This document shows positions 41,435-49,630 of a stretch of DNA of 64,000 bases, in pieces. This stretch comes from a bacterium (GTDB taxonomy: Bacteria > Fidelibacterota > Fidelibacteria > Fidelibacterales > Fidelibacteraceae): contig OY781066.1 of NCBI GenBank assembly GCA_963676395.1, positions 1,568,001 to 1,632,000 on the forward strand. Direction: 5' to 3'. The first letter of the stretch is position 1. Each line of letters opens with the position of its first letter. The translations under genes and the position numbers were made by a program. The notes beneath the pieces are model-generated. The model did no database searches and had not been told where the DNA came from. It saw only the letters and a list, made by a program, of their open reading frames with translations.

Positions 41435-42016
41435 TTAATTCTTGATTGCATCCCATACCATATCATACAGATTATCAAGGGTATTTTTATTTAACCTAAT
41501 ACCGCTATCATGCATTTGTTTATATAAAAACATGCTGGGTGCCATAAATACAGAGGCTAAAATGGCAGGTCCTACCGGGCGTAAAACTCCCTCATTAATA
41601 CCTCGTTGTAAAGTATTGTATAAGGGTGCATATAGTTTGTCTACATCTTCTTTGATCCCAAAACTAAGTTGGGGAGAATTAACAAATTGTTCGGCGAAAA
41701 GAAAAATGACCGGTTCTTTTTTTGTAAAGGCATGAAAATTGTCAAAGATTTTTCGCGAAAGGTCTTTAATTGAGGCATTTAGATCAATGTCTTTAAGAAG
41801 TGCTGAAATAAATACTTCTTTAGAATAGAGATAGAGCTTGTTCAACATATCATCTTTATTCTCAAAATAGACATAGATGGTTGAAGGGGAGACTCCGGCT
41901 TTTTTTGCGATCTTTGACATCGGTGTGTTCGCAAGTCCGTTAGTATAAACCAGTTCGATAGCTGCGTGTGAAATGGCGTGTCGTTTGTTTTCGTCTTTTG
42001 TTCTCATAGGCCCCAA
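41435..42016 (-). CDS. TetR/AcrR family transcriptional regulator
   Basis: HTH MSKIAKKAGVSPSTIYVYFENKDDM; likely true start ATG 42007. Confidence 0.93.
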   Translation of the reverse strand: MGPMRTKDENKRHAISHAAIELVYTNGLANTPMSKIAKKAGVSPSTIYVYFENKDDMLNKLYLYSKEVFISALLKDIDLNASIKDLSRKIFDNFHAFTKKEPVIFLFAEQFVNSPQLSFGIKEDVDKLYAPLYNTLQRGINEGVLRPVGPAILASVFMAPSMFLYKQMHDSGIRLNKNTLDNLYDMVWDAIKN

Positions 42017-42040
42017 TATTAAACGAACATTCGATTATAA
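42017..42040. promoter_or_regulatory. Putative TetR auto-operator
   Basis: TATTAAACGAACATTCGATTATAA directly upstream of tetR; exact reverse complement of 41394-41417. Confidence 0.7.
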
Positions 42041-42071
42041 GCAAGATATTTTACAAAATATTTCATATCTT

Positions 42072-42174
42072 CTACTCACTACTCACTACTCACTACTCAC
42101 TACTCACTACTCACTACTCACTACTCACTACTCACTACTCACTACTCACTACTCACTACTCACTACTCACTACT
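42072..42174. repeat. Perfect heptamer tandem repeat (CTACTCA)x14 + CTACT
   Basis: Counted directly: 14 full units 42072-42169 plus 5 nt. Confidence 0.97.
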
Positions 42175-42660
42175 GATTCGTTTTCTGATTATACCTATCA
42201 AGATCAGAACGATAGTGATTAAACACAATCCCCATTTTAGCCATGAAATCACAAGTACAAAATCAGCGATTCCCATGAGTTGTTTGGGCCAGAAAGTGAT
42301 TAGTGCAACGATTCCGGCATTTTCGCAGAGGTCACAAACAGCCTGAGTAAGGGGGATAAACAGCATCCAAAATTTTTCCCACTTTGCATATAACAAGAAT
42401 GCAAAAAGCAGGAAGTATGTAATCGGAAAAAGGACATCCAATGTGAGTGCTCCTAGGATATAGCTATGTCCCATGCCGGGTGAGTAATTGGCAATGATGT
42501 TAAATATTTGGGAGGCTTGAGTTGCAAAAGCCATGTCGATCATGACCGCGTTATCACCTTTTGGCAAGCCTACTTTAAAGAGGATCTCAATAAGTATAAC
42601 AATTCCCAAAAGTATAAAAATATTTTTACGTGTACTGTGTTTCTTGAAAAAAGTGATCAT
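42163..42660 (-). CDS. Membrane hypothetical protein
   Basis: AAGGA RBS; TLDVLFP, DLCEN, KW motifs; 4-5 TM; stop codon lies inside the heptamer repeat. Confidence 0.72.
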   Translation of the reverse strand: MITFFKKHSTRKNIFILLGIVILIEILFKVGLPKGDNAVMIDMAFATQASQIFNIIANYSPGMGHSYILGALTLDVLFPITYFLLFAFLLYAKWEKFWMLFIPLTQAVCDLCENAGIVALITFWPKQLMGIADFVLVISWLKWGLCLITIVLILIGIIRKRISSE

Positions 42661-42868
42661 ACCGATTCCTTGATTTTTCTTGTTTTGTGATTAATAATAA
42701 GGAATAATTTTCTTTAATCCATATGAAAACAATGTGATGGATATGGAGAAGTTTTGTCCCGTTAAATGTTGCTTACATACAATGGAGAAATAATACTTTA
42801 AATTTTGGCCAACAAACAAATATTTAAATTTAACTCTCTATTCAGTCTTCGCTATTTAAGTGAGCGTT

Positions 42869-44473
42869 TTAGCGCCGACGCAAGGTCCTTCCATTTAGCA
42901 CTCCCGTATGTTGGCCATCTTGCACAGCAACCTTACCGTTTACCAGCACAGCTTGAACACCATCGGGATATTGATGTGGGTCGGAGTAGGTGGCGTTATC
43001 GATCACGGTTTCGGGATCGAAGATGACAATATCGGCAAAATAGTTTTTCTTGATAAAACCGCGTTTGGGGATATCAAAGGTACTGGCAACCAGTCCGCTC
43101 ATTTTATGGACAGCTGTTTCCATACTAAAGATACCTTCTTCGCGCGCGTATTTGCCAAGAACGCGTACGGCTGAGCCATAGGCACGAGGATGTTGTTTCC
43201 CCTCGCCGAGCTCACCGTAGGGAGCGTAAGCGGAGGCATCGGCACCGATCATCACAAAGTCCTGAGCTAGAACTTTCTTGAGATTATCTTCATCCATGGC
43301 AAAACCTATCATGTCGGCATGGATATCTTCCAGTAAGACCATTTTAACATATTCCCAGCCGCTTAAACCGGTCATTTCCATGCCTTCTGCAACGGTTTTG
43401 TCGGCATATTTCGGGTTGTTGCAACCCGAAATGAGGAATTTGTCTTCACCGCCAATATTAACGAATTTCGTTTCGCAGTATGCCTTTAGTTCAGCTTCCA
43501 GTTTGGGGTCTTTAAGTCGTGCGATGACATCTCTATCATTTCCGGCTCGTGCCCATGTGGGGAGTAAAACAACCAAAGATGTGTTATAGGCATTGTAAGG
43601 GTAGCGGTCGGCCTGAATGTTTAAGCCTTTTTCACGAGCGGCTTTAACGTGCTCAATTGCGACATGGATATTATCCCAATTGGGAGCATTGCAGGCCTTA
43701 AAATGTGAAATATGTCCTTGGGCACCACTTTTTTCGCTAATCTCAATCACTTCATCAACGGCTTCGACAAGGTATTTATCTTCGTTGCGCATATGTGACA
43801 CATAGGGGACCTTATATTTTGCAAGAACCTTGGACAATTCGATCAATTCTTCGGTGGATGTAAATGAGCCGGGTGTGTATTCCAGTCCCGTACTCATTCC
43901 CCAGGCACCTTGTTTTAACTGAGTTTCAAGCAGAGTTTTCATTTTTGTCAGTTGTTCATCTGTGGCTTCTTTGTCTACATTCCCCATTACATAACGACGG
44001 ATATTTCCTTGCCCGACCAATGCGGCTTGATTAATACCCATGCCACCGGCTTCTAAAGCATCACAGTAGGTTTTGTAATCGGCGTAGGCATTTTTTGATG
44101 ACCACATGCTATTATCATCATCTTTTTGAGGATAAGGTGAGTAACCGCAGTTGCCTGTGACCTCGGTAGTAACACCCTGACGGATCTTGGATTCTCCGCG
44201 AGGATTGATAAGTAATTTTGTATCAGTGTGGGAGTGAGCATCAATAAATCCCGGAGCCACGATTTTGCCGCTTGCATCGATCTTTACATTGGCTTCTTTT
44301 TCGGAAAGATCTCCGATCGCCACGATTTTATCACCAATAATTCCCACATCTGCCTTGTATGCTTTTTCACCGCTACCGTCCATCACGGTTCCTCCGGTGA
44401 TCAAGATATCATAGAAATTTGTACATCCTGTTAATGTCATGAGAATAAGTCCTATTAAAAGTAGTTTTTTCAT
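42869..44473 (-). CDS. N-acyl-D-amino-acid deacylase (D-aminoacylase), lipoprotein
   Basis: Lipobox LTGC; PGFIDAHSH, QGVTTEVTGNCG, GMSTGLEY.PG, SHMR, HISH, HPRAYG, ADIVIFDP. Confidence 0.92.
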   Translation of the reverse strand: MKKLLLIGLILMTLTGCTNFYDILITGGTVMDGSGEKAYKADVGIIGDKIVAIGDLSEKEANVKIDASGKIVAPGFIDAHSHTDTKLLINPRGESKIRQGVTTEVTGNCGYSPYPQKDDDNSMWSSKNAYADYKTYCDALEAGGMGINQAALVGQGNIRRYVMGNVDKEATDEQLTKMKTLLETQLKQGAWGMSTGLEYTPGSFTSTEELIELSKVLAKYKVPYVSHMRNEDKYLVEAVDEVIEISEKSGAQGHISHFKACNAPNWDNIHVAIEHVKAAREKGLNIQADRYPYNAYNTSLVVLLPTWARAGNDRDVIARLKDPKLEAELKAYCETKFVNIGGEDKFLISGCNNPKYADKTVAEGMEMTGLSGWEYVKMVLLEDIHADMIGFAMDEDNLKKVLAQDFVMIGADASAYAPYGELGEGKQHPRAYGSAVRVLGKYAREEGIFSMETAVHKMSGLVASTFDIPKRGFIKKNYFADIVIFDPETVIDNATYSDPHQYPDGVQAVLVNGKVAVQDGQHTGVLNGRTLRRR

Positions 44474-44621
44474 TGTTTATTCCTTGCTGAAACTTGTTTC
44501 AACATCAATAATAATGAAAAAGAGGATTAATCACAATAGAAGAAAGTGCAACCCTGAGCTGCGCACCGCCGGGTAATTATAGACTGAACCGTTCGACAAG
44601 TTCAAAGCTATTGAATGGTGA

Positions 44622-45098
44622 TTAATTGAGTTTGCGTTTTTCTTTAAAAAAATGTGACAATATCGCCCCACACTTCTCCTCATATACTCCCGAAACAACT
44701 TTAACGCTGTGATTTAAGCGCGGATCCTCGCAAAGGTGATAGAGAGAGTCGCATGCGCCGGCTTTAGGGTCTTTGGCGGCGTAAACGATCGTGTCCAGCC
44801 GGGCATGCACAATAGCACCGGCACACATGGGACAGGGTTCCAACGTGACGTAAAGAGTACAGCCTTCGAGTCGTTTTTCTTCGAGTGTCTCGCAGGCGGA
44901 GGTTATGGCGATCATTTCGGCGTGTGCCGTGGGATCTTTGAGTTTTTCCACCTGATTATGAGCTTTGGCAATAATGCGATTATCTTTTACAATGATGGCA
45001 CCGATAGGCACTTCATCTTGCTTGAGAGCTCTTTCGGCTTCGGCGAAGGCTTTTTTCATCCAGTATTCATGATTAAAAGGGTTCATCAGGTCTTGCAT
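44622..45098 (-). CDS. tadA: tRNA adenosine(34) deaminase
   Basis: EVPIGA, DPTAHAEM, TLEPCPMCAGA, DPKAGA. Confidence 0.93.
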   Translation of the reverse strand: MQDLMNPFNHEYWMKKAFAEAERALKQDEVPIGAIIVKDNRIIAKAHNQVEKLKDPTAHAEMIAITSACETLEEKRLEGCTLYVTLEPCPMCAGAIVHARLDTIVYAAKDPKAGACDSLYHLCEDPRLNHSVKVVSGVYEEKCGAILSHFFKEKRKLN

Positions 45099-45100
45099 GA

Positions 45101-46048
45101 TCACTCCTTTTCTTTTAGCATGATCACTCGGTCATCTTGCTGATAATCTTTAACGATCTTTTGTGCAAAGTTTGAAAAAATGTTTTTCAGTTCGGCTGTC
45201 TGATGATTACCGCCATATTCCAATAATGCATAAGCTTTGTTTTCCATCCATTCGCTGAATTTAGCGGCGAAAAAACGATAAAAGCTTAATCCATCATCAT
45301 TATCGGATAAGGCCATATGTGGTTCATAGTGTGAAACATTTTTTGCCAGTCCCGGCATTTCGCCTTGGGCGATATAGGGTGGATTGGAAACGATGATATG
45401 AAATGTATTGTTTAGCTGATAGTTTAATATATCGGCGTGAACGACTTTAATACGATTTTGCAGATTATGGTAATTGACATTGCGCTTAATGATTTCCACA
45501 GCTTCGGGAGATTTTTCAAGAGCTGTTACATTAGCCTGAGGAATATGCTTTGCAAGTGCAATAGCAATACATCCCGAGCCCGAGCCGATATCAAGAATAC
45601 GTAGTTCTTTAGGAAGGGTGACGATCTCGGTTTTTTCTTCTTTGCCTTCTTCTGAGCTGATCTTACGCTCAATGCTTCCGGCTTTAATATTCTCAAGGAT
45701 TTTGGGTGCCAGTTTGATGGCTTCTTCAACCAGTCGTTCCGTTTCCGGGCGGGGAACCAGTACATGTTCATTGATGGCAAGCTCAATGCCATAGAATTCA
45801 CAATTGCCTACAACCTGTTGTACAGGCTGATTAGCGGCACATTTTAGTAACATGGGACGAAATTTTGCCAATTCGTTTTCGCTCATAGGGCGATCGAATT
45901 GAAGATACAAATCCATTCTTGAGCAGGAAAGAGTATCGCATAGTAGCCATTCTACCACCGATTTTGCGTCCTCTATACCTTTTTCATCAAGATAATTTGC
46001 GGACCAATTCATGATACTCATCACGGTCCATGTTTCTTGCTTGCTCAT
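45101..46048 (-). CDS. prmC: Release factor glutamine methyltransferase
   Basis: VLVPRPETE, LDIGSGSG, SNPPY, EPHMAL; downstream of prfA. Confidence 0.95.
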   Translation of the reverse strand: MSKQETWTVMSIMNWSANYLDEKGIEDAKSVVEWLLCDTLSCSRMDLYLQFDRPMSENELAKFRPMLLKCAANQPVQQVVGNCEFYGIELAINEHVLVPRPETERLVEEAIKLAPKILENIKAGSIERKISSEEGKEEKTEIVTLPKELRILDIGSGSGCIAIALAKHIPQANVTALEKSPEAVEIIKRNVNYHNLQNRIKVVHADILNYQLNNTFHIIVSNPPYIAQGEMPGLAKNVSHYEPHMALSDNDDGLSFYRFFAAKFSEWMENKAYALLEYGGNHQTAELKNIFSNFAQKIVKDYQQDDRVIMLKEKE

Positions 46049-47109
46049 TAGAGATTCTTAAGTTTCTCGATATTGTCTGCCAGCTTTAATTGCTCAACGA
46101 CTTCATATAAGTCGCCGTCCATCACAGCTTGAAGCTGGTGAGTGGTAAAGTTAATGCGATGATCCGTGATACGCATCTGAGGGTAATTGTAGGTGCGGAT
46201 TTTGGCCGAACGGTCACCGGTAGAAACCTGTGAGCGACGTTCTGCAGCCATTTTAGCATTTTGTTTATCAATACTGTCCTGTAACAAGCGAGAGTACAGG
46301 ATCTTAAGGGCTTTTTCTTTATTTTTGTGCTGTGAACGTTCGTCTTGACAAGCGACGACAACACCCGAAGGAATGTGTGTGATGCGGATAGCCGAATCGG
46401 TTTTATTTACATGCTGACCCCCTGCACCGCTGGCGCGAAAGGTATCGATACGAAGATCTTGATCTGCGATCTCAATATCTACTTTTTCAGCTTCAGGCAG
46501 CACAGCCACGGTTGCAGCTGAGGTGTGAATACGTCCCGAAGTTTCTGTCGCCGGTACACGTTGAACTCGGTGAACGCCGGATTCATATTTCAATTTCCCG
46601 TAAACACCGTCACCTTTAATGGAGAAAGAGATTTCCTTAATACCGCCAAGTCCGATAAAAGAAGAAGATAATTCTTCGATTTTCCATTTATTACGTTCGG
46701 CAAAGCGGACATACATACGGTAAAGGTCATGAGCAAATAAAGCCGCTTCATCACCGCCGGTTCCGGCACGAACTTCCAGAATCGTAGATTTTTCATCATT
46801 GGGATCGGGAGGAATAAGCAGGAATTTGATCTCTTCTTCCATGCGTTCACGTTCGGTTTTAAGATCATCCAATTCTTCTCTGACCAATTCTTTCATTTCT
46901 TCGTCATCACCCTGTAGGATCTCTTCGTCACCTTTTATGTTTTTCAATACTTCGGCATACGCTTTATGAGCTTCCATGATAGGTTCAAGATGCTTCCGTT
47001 CCTGAGATAATGTTTTAAATTTTTTTTGATCGCTGAAGGTGGCCGGATCTGATAATTCCGCAATCACCGTATCATAGCGCTCTTTTATTTGTTCTAATTT
47101 TTCTAACAT
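46048..47109 (-). CDS. prfA: Peptide chain release factor 1
   Basis: GTGGDEA, ESGVHRVQRVPATE (PxT), GAGGQHVN, IRTYNYPQ. Confidence 0.97.
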   Translation of the reverse strand: MLEKLEQIKERYDTVIAELSDPATFSDQKKFKTLSQERKHLEPIMEAHKAYAEVLKNIKGDEEILQGDDEEMKELVREELDDLKTERERMEEEIKFLLIPPDPNDEKSTILEVRAGTGGDEAALFAHDLYRMYVRFAERNKWKIEELSSSFIGLGGIKEISFSIKGDGVYGKLKYESGVHRVQRVPATETSGRIHTSAATVAVLPEAEKVDIEIADQDLRIDTFRASGAGGQHVNKTDSAIRITHIPSGVVVACQDERSQHKNKEKALKILYSRLLQDSIDKQNAKMAAERRSQVSTGDRSAKIRTYNYPQMRITDHRINFTTHQLQAVMDGDLYEVVEQLKLADNIEKLKNL

Positions 47110-47123
47110 GCTTTACTCCGGAA

Positions 47124-48092
47124 TTATTCCATCGCCTCGGCGACAAAGCCGCCTTCTTTATATGTTTCCCATTCATCTCCAAAACCGACTTTCAAAGATG
47201 TGATTGCGCATTCGATCATGCTGTCATCAGGTTCTTTTGTTGTGATGCGTTGTAGCCATAGACCGGGTTTCGCCATCCATGCAATATACCATTTATCTAG
47301 ATTACGACTTGAAAATTTTAAAACTTCATAACCGATTCCCATAACCAAAGGGATAAGTGGTAGGTGATAAAGTAAGCGAAGTTGGATCGTGAGTGTTATA
47401 TCAAAGAAGTGCATCACGAGCGCATCAACGATGGCATAGATCAGGATCACATTGATCATAGAAATGAACAAAAATGAGGTTCCACAGCGAGGATGAAAGC
47501 GAGAGAATTTTTTTACATTTTCTACTGTAAGTTCTTCACCCGATTCAAATGCATAGATGGTTTTATGCTCGGCTCCGTGGTTCATGAACAAGCGCTTGAC
47601 ATCTTTCATCATTGAAATAATGATAAGGTAAAGTAAAAAGAAAATGATTCTGAACGCACCGGCAGAAAGGTTAAATAAGAAAGCGGATTCCTGTAAACCA
47701 AAGACTTTTTCGGTAACCCACATGGGACCGATAAGGAACATCACGATCGCTAGGCCAAAGGCAAACACTGTGCTGAGTGCACCAAGAAGTTTCGACCATA
47801 TGGTTTCTTCTTTTTTTGCTTCTTCGGGGAAAGCGATCTCGGCTGAGAAATTCAAGGTTTCCATGCCGATTTTCATAGATTCGATCATTGAGACAACGCC
47901 ACGAACTACCGGCCACCCGTAGAATTTCTTTTTCTTGGCTAATGAAGTGAACTCTTTGCGCTCAGTAATGATCTCTCCCTCTGGATTTCTAACAGCCGTA
48001 GCATAGGCTTTAGGAGTTCTCATCATAACACCTTCCATTACGGCTTGACCGCCGACCAGGATGGTTTTTTTCTTTTCGTTTGATTGACTCAT
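47124..48092 (-). CDS. DUF1385 family membrane protein
   Basis: GGQAVMEGVMM, HGAEHK, HPRCGTSF, LQRITTKEP; rpmE/prfA context. Confidence 0.9.
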   Translation of the reverse strand: MSQSNEKKKTILVGGQAVMEGVMMRTPKAYATAVRNPEGEIITERKEFTSLAKKKKFYGWPVVRGVVSMIESMKIGMETLNFSAEIAFPEEAKKEETIWSKLLGALSTVFAFGLAIVMFLIGPMWVTEKVFGLQESAFLFNLSAGAFRIIFFLLYLIIISMMKDVKRLFMNHGAEHKTIYAFESGEELTVENVKKFSRFHPRCGTSFLFISMINVILIYAIVDALVMHFFDITLTIQLRLLYHLPLIPLVMGIGYEVLKFSSRNLDKWYIAWMAKPGLWLQRITTKEPDDSMIECAITSLKVGFGDEWETYKEGGFVAEAME

Positions 48093-48125
48093 TATAGACT
48101 TCTTTGCTTAAAATTTAGGGATAAC

Positions 48126-48154
48126 AAAAATCATCCCGGATTCGGGATGATTTT
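48126..48154 (-). terminator. Hairpin downstream of rpmE
   Basis: AAAATCATCCCG-GATT-CGGGATGATTTT. Confidence 0.75.
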
Positions 48155-48175
48155 AATATTTCTAACAACAAAAAG

Positions 48176-48385
48176 CTACTGGTCTTTTTTGATACCGTAT
48201 TTTTTGTTGAATTTTTCGATACGACCTGCTGTATCAAGTAATTTTTGCTTACCGGTAAAGAAAGGATGGCAAGCTGAACAAATTTCGACTTTTAGATCAC
48301 CAGCGGTAGAACGTGTTGTGAAAGTGTTACCGCAAGCACAGGTGACTGTAACTTCGTCATATTTTGGATGGATTCCAGTTTTCAT
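48176..48385 (-). CDS. rpmE: 50S ribosomal protein L31 (Zn-binding type)
   Basis: [31 protein letters not shown] before ATG 48385. Confidence 0.96.
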   Translation of the reverse strand: MKTGIHPKYDEVTVTCACGNTFTTRSTAGDLKVEICSACHPFFTGKQKLLDTAGRIEKFNKKYGIKKDQ

Positions 48386-48535
48386 TTTTTGACTCCTAAC
48401 GATCATATTCAAAGCCGTGTATTATACGATTGAAATTTCGATTAGTCAAGAAAATTTGATGAGATGACATAAATTTTATTTTTCAGACGGGATAACAGGA
48501 TCAAGCGGAAATTTTATCTTTTACCATAAGCAAAG

Positions 48536-49492
48536 CTATTGACCAGAGTAGGATATCCCAAGCGCTGTCATCAGGGTAAAATTTGCATAATGATAAACAC
48601 CAAGATTAATATCAATAGAGCCCATGTTGTAGACTGCTCCGAGGGCAACACCGCTAAGAATATTATCTAAACCATAATTGTTTGATGCAAGATCAATTCT
48701 TGCCAGATCAATACCGCTTAATATTTTAAGATTTTCTGCCGCTTTGATATAGAACCCTATGCTTAGTTTTTGAGCAAAATATGGGGCGGCATAATCAAAG
48801 TTAAAATTATTTTCGTTATCGTAGAACAATTGAGGATCCCAGTCATCTCCATTCCACCTGAAATCAATGTTCAATCTGAGGGGTAGATATTCCAATTCAT
48901 GAGAAATAGATGCGCGCCATGTATTATCAAGTCCATCACTGATTCCGGAAAAAGCAATGATGTTATCTCGTTCACCAAAAGTGTAGCTAAACCCATAGCG
49001 GGCAAAGAGGCTTGCTTCCCGGGTTCCCGATATCCTGTTCCCCTGAAATACAAGTTGAGCTCCGGCTTTAAAATGTTTAGACATTTTAAAGGCATATCCA
49101 AGGAAATATTGGTATTGGGCTGCGGTAAATTCACCGGTTAGAGTCCCATTTAGATCACGTTCGTTAAAACTGCCATAATTTTCAAAATTTAAGCCACCCA
49201 CTATGGCATGGTTTTCTTTAAAACTATAATGACCAGAAATTTCACTGATATTTATCCGTACTCCGGGGATGAATGATTCATTCAAGTTCACTGACCAGGG
49301 GGAATCATAGGGAACAAGTGACGGATTAAGAAGATAAGCACTGTTTGCATCTGCAATGGCGGCACCCGAATGAGCCATTCCCCAATAGGCGGGGGAGGCA
49401 AAATTAGTGGTTTGAGAGGGTAACTCTGCCAGTAAAGGACTTATCATCAGTGATAGGATAAATAGTAATGATTTCCAAGATGATCTATTCAA
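48536..49492 (-). CDS. PorQ/PorV-like outer-membrane protein
   Basis: TTG start after AAGGAG; SPAYWGMA..G.A....SAYLLNPSL; NYGSFNERDLNGTLTGEFTA. Confidence 0.65.
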   Translation of the reverse strand: MNRSSWKSLLFILSLMISPLLAELPSQTTNFASPAYWGMAHSGAAIADANSAYLLNPSLVPYDSPWSVNLNESFIPGVRINISEISGHYSFKENHAIVGGLNFENYGSFNERDLNGTLTGEFTAAQYQYFLGYAFKMSKHFKAGAQLVFQGNRISGTREASLFARYGFSYTFGERDNIIAFSGISDGLDNTWRASISHELEYLPLRLNIDFRWNGDDWDPQLFYDNENNFNFDYAAPYFAQKLSIGFYIKAAENLKILSGIDLARIDLASNNYGLDNILSGVALGAVYNMGSIDINLGVYHYANFTLMTALGISYSGQ

Positions 49493-49579
49493 ATTGACTC
49501 CTTCCGATGCTATTGAGTCGTTTTAAAATTCAAGATGTTCCCGATTGGGGTAATAAGTTATGAAAGAATTGTGTAAAAT

Positions 49580-49621
49580 CCAACCGACTCGGTTCTTTTA
49601 ACATCTAACCGAGTCGGTTGG
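49580..49621. repeat. REP-like nested palindrome / terminator
   Basis: CCAACCGACTCGGTT-N12-AACCGAGTCGGTTGG; each arm is itself palindromic. Confidence 0.7.
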
Positions 49622-49630
49622 GTATATTTA

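Noticed and set aside
42072..42174. CRISPR array or peptide-repeat ORF (41973-42176, LLTTHYS repeats)
   Set aside because: No spacers and no cas genes; the ORF is the translation of a simple repeat antisense to tetR
35659..42660. Genomic island or mobile element
   Set aside because: Accessory-looking AT-rich genes, but no integrase, transposase, att repeats or tRNA boundary visible
44551..44608. ACCCTGAGCT...TTCGACAAGTTCA resembling a known intergenic palindromic repeat
   Set aside because: Too degenerate, arms do not pair well, single occurrence
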